Assembly (NCBI GenBank): GCA_024626585.2
Contig: JANKJI020000002.1
Coordinates: 210,067,709 to 210,085,462, forward strand
DNA length: 17,754 nucleotides
Reading direction: 5' to 3'
Source of the DNA: Ginkgo biloba
Taxonomy: Eukaryota; Plantae; Ginkgophyta
Of this stretch, positions 17,250 through 17,754 are shown one piece after another; position 1 is the first letter of the stretch, and each line of letters opens with the position of its first letter. The translations under genes and the position numbers were made by a program. The notes below the pieces were generated by a model. It worked only from the letters and a program-made list of their open reading frames with translations, did no database searches and had not been told where the DNA came from.

Positions 17250-17754
17250 CTCCCCCATTGGGGCTTGACCATAAAATTCTCACCTAAACCTCCCTCTCGA
17301 AGGGTCTTCCTAAGAATCTACCTAGTTGCCTCTATCGATGATTATATCGGCTACTCCATCTCTACTCAGTGTTGCTCAACTAACCATGGCTACTTTAAAT
17401 TTGACAGATCTATCACTCTCTCACACCCTTACCTCTCTTCCACTTGGCATCTTTNNNNNNNNNNNNNNNNNNNNNNNNNNNNNNNNNNNNNNNNNNNNNN
17501 NNNNNNNNNNNNNNNNNNNNNNNNNNNNNNNCTTAACTCTCTTATTGACGATTCAAATTTGTTATTCTCTCCATGGCCTCCTCTCAGCCTTCTCAATCTC
17601 CTCTTAGTTGTTGTACTTCCCTCACTGTGTGCCCTTTCCCTCTTTTTTTCTTCTCAACATGCTTGTTAGATTCTCCACTTGCTCTCTATGGTTTCCCTTC
17701 ACATTGGCCTTCTTATCTTTTTTCATACTCTACTAGAGCCCTCTGCTCCCTATT
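17250..17754 (-). mobile_element. PPT (17250-17259) and degenerate 3' internal region of upstream retroelement unit
   Basis: AATGGGGGAG abuts the LTR. Purine-skewed minus strand like 15700-16805. Runs off the window. Confidence 0.5.

Overview
AT-rich, gap-ridden eukaryotic (land-plant-type) genomic DNA, not prokaryotic. The centre holds one spliced minus-strand gene, about 5444-10993 and possibly starting near 11656, encoding a DUF676 / ROG1-like putative lipase (alpha/beta serine hydrolase). Nine coding exons can be read with GT-AG borders. Phases are consistent except across the last junction, where an expected exon is not visible and may lie in the 296-N gap at 6306-6601. Intron 8083-8235 has a U12 (minor-spliceosome) signature. 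Both flanks are degenerate transposon debris. Two related Ty3/gypsy-like PPT+LTR ends face the gene from opposite sides (3850-4494 +, 14220-14801 -). A 430-bp LTR has both a PPT upstream and a tRNA-Met PBS downstream (16820-17249 -), suggesting a tandem or chimeric element. Also present are a decayed gag zinc-knuckle remnant, a LINE ORF1-like remnant in an intron, a 43-bp minisatellite, an 86/91-bp intronic duplication, and a diverged ~65-100 bp direct repeat bracketing the gene. I found no supportable evidence of a wholly new biological system. All family assignments come from motif recognition, not database searches.
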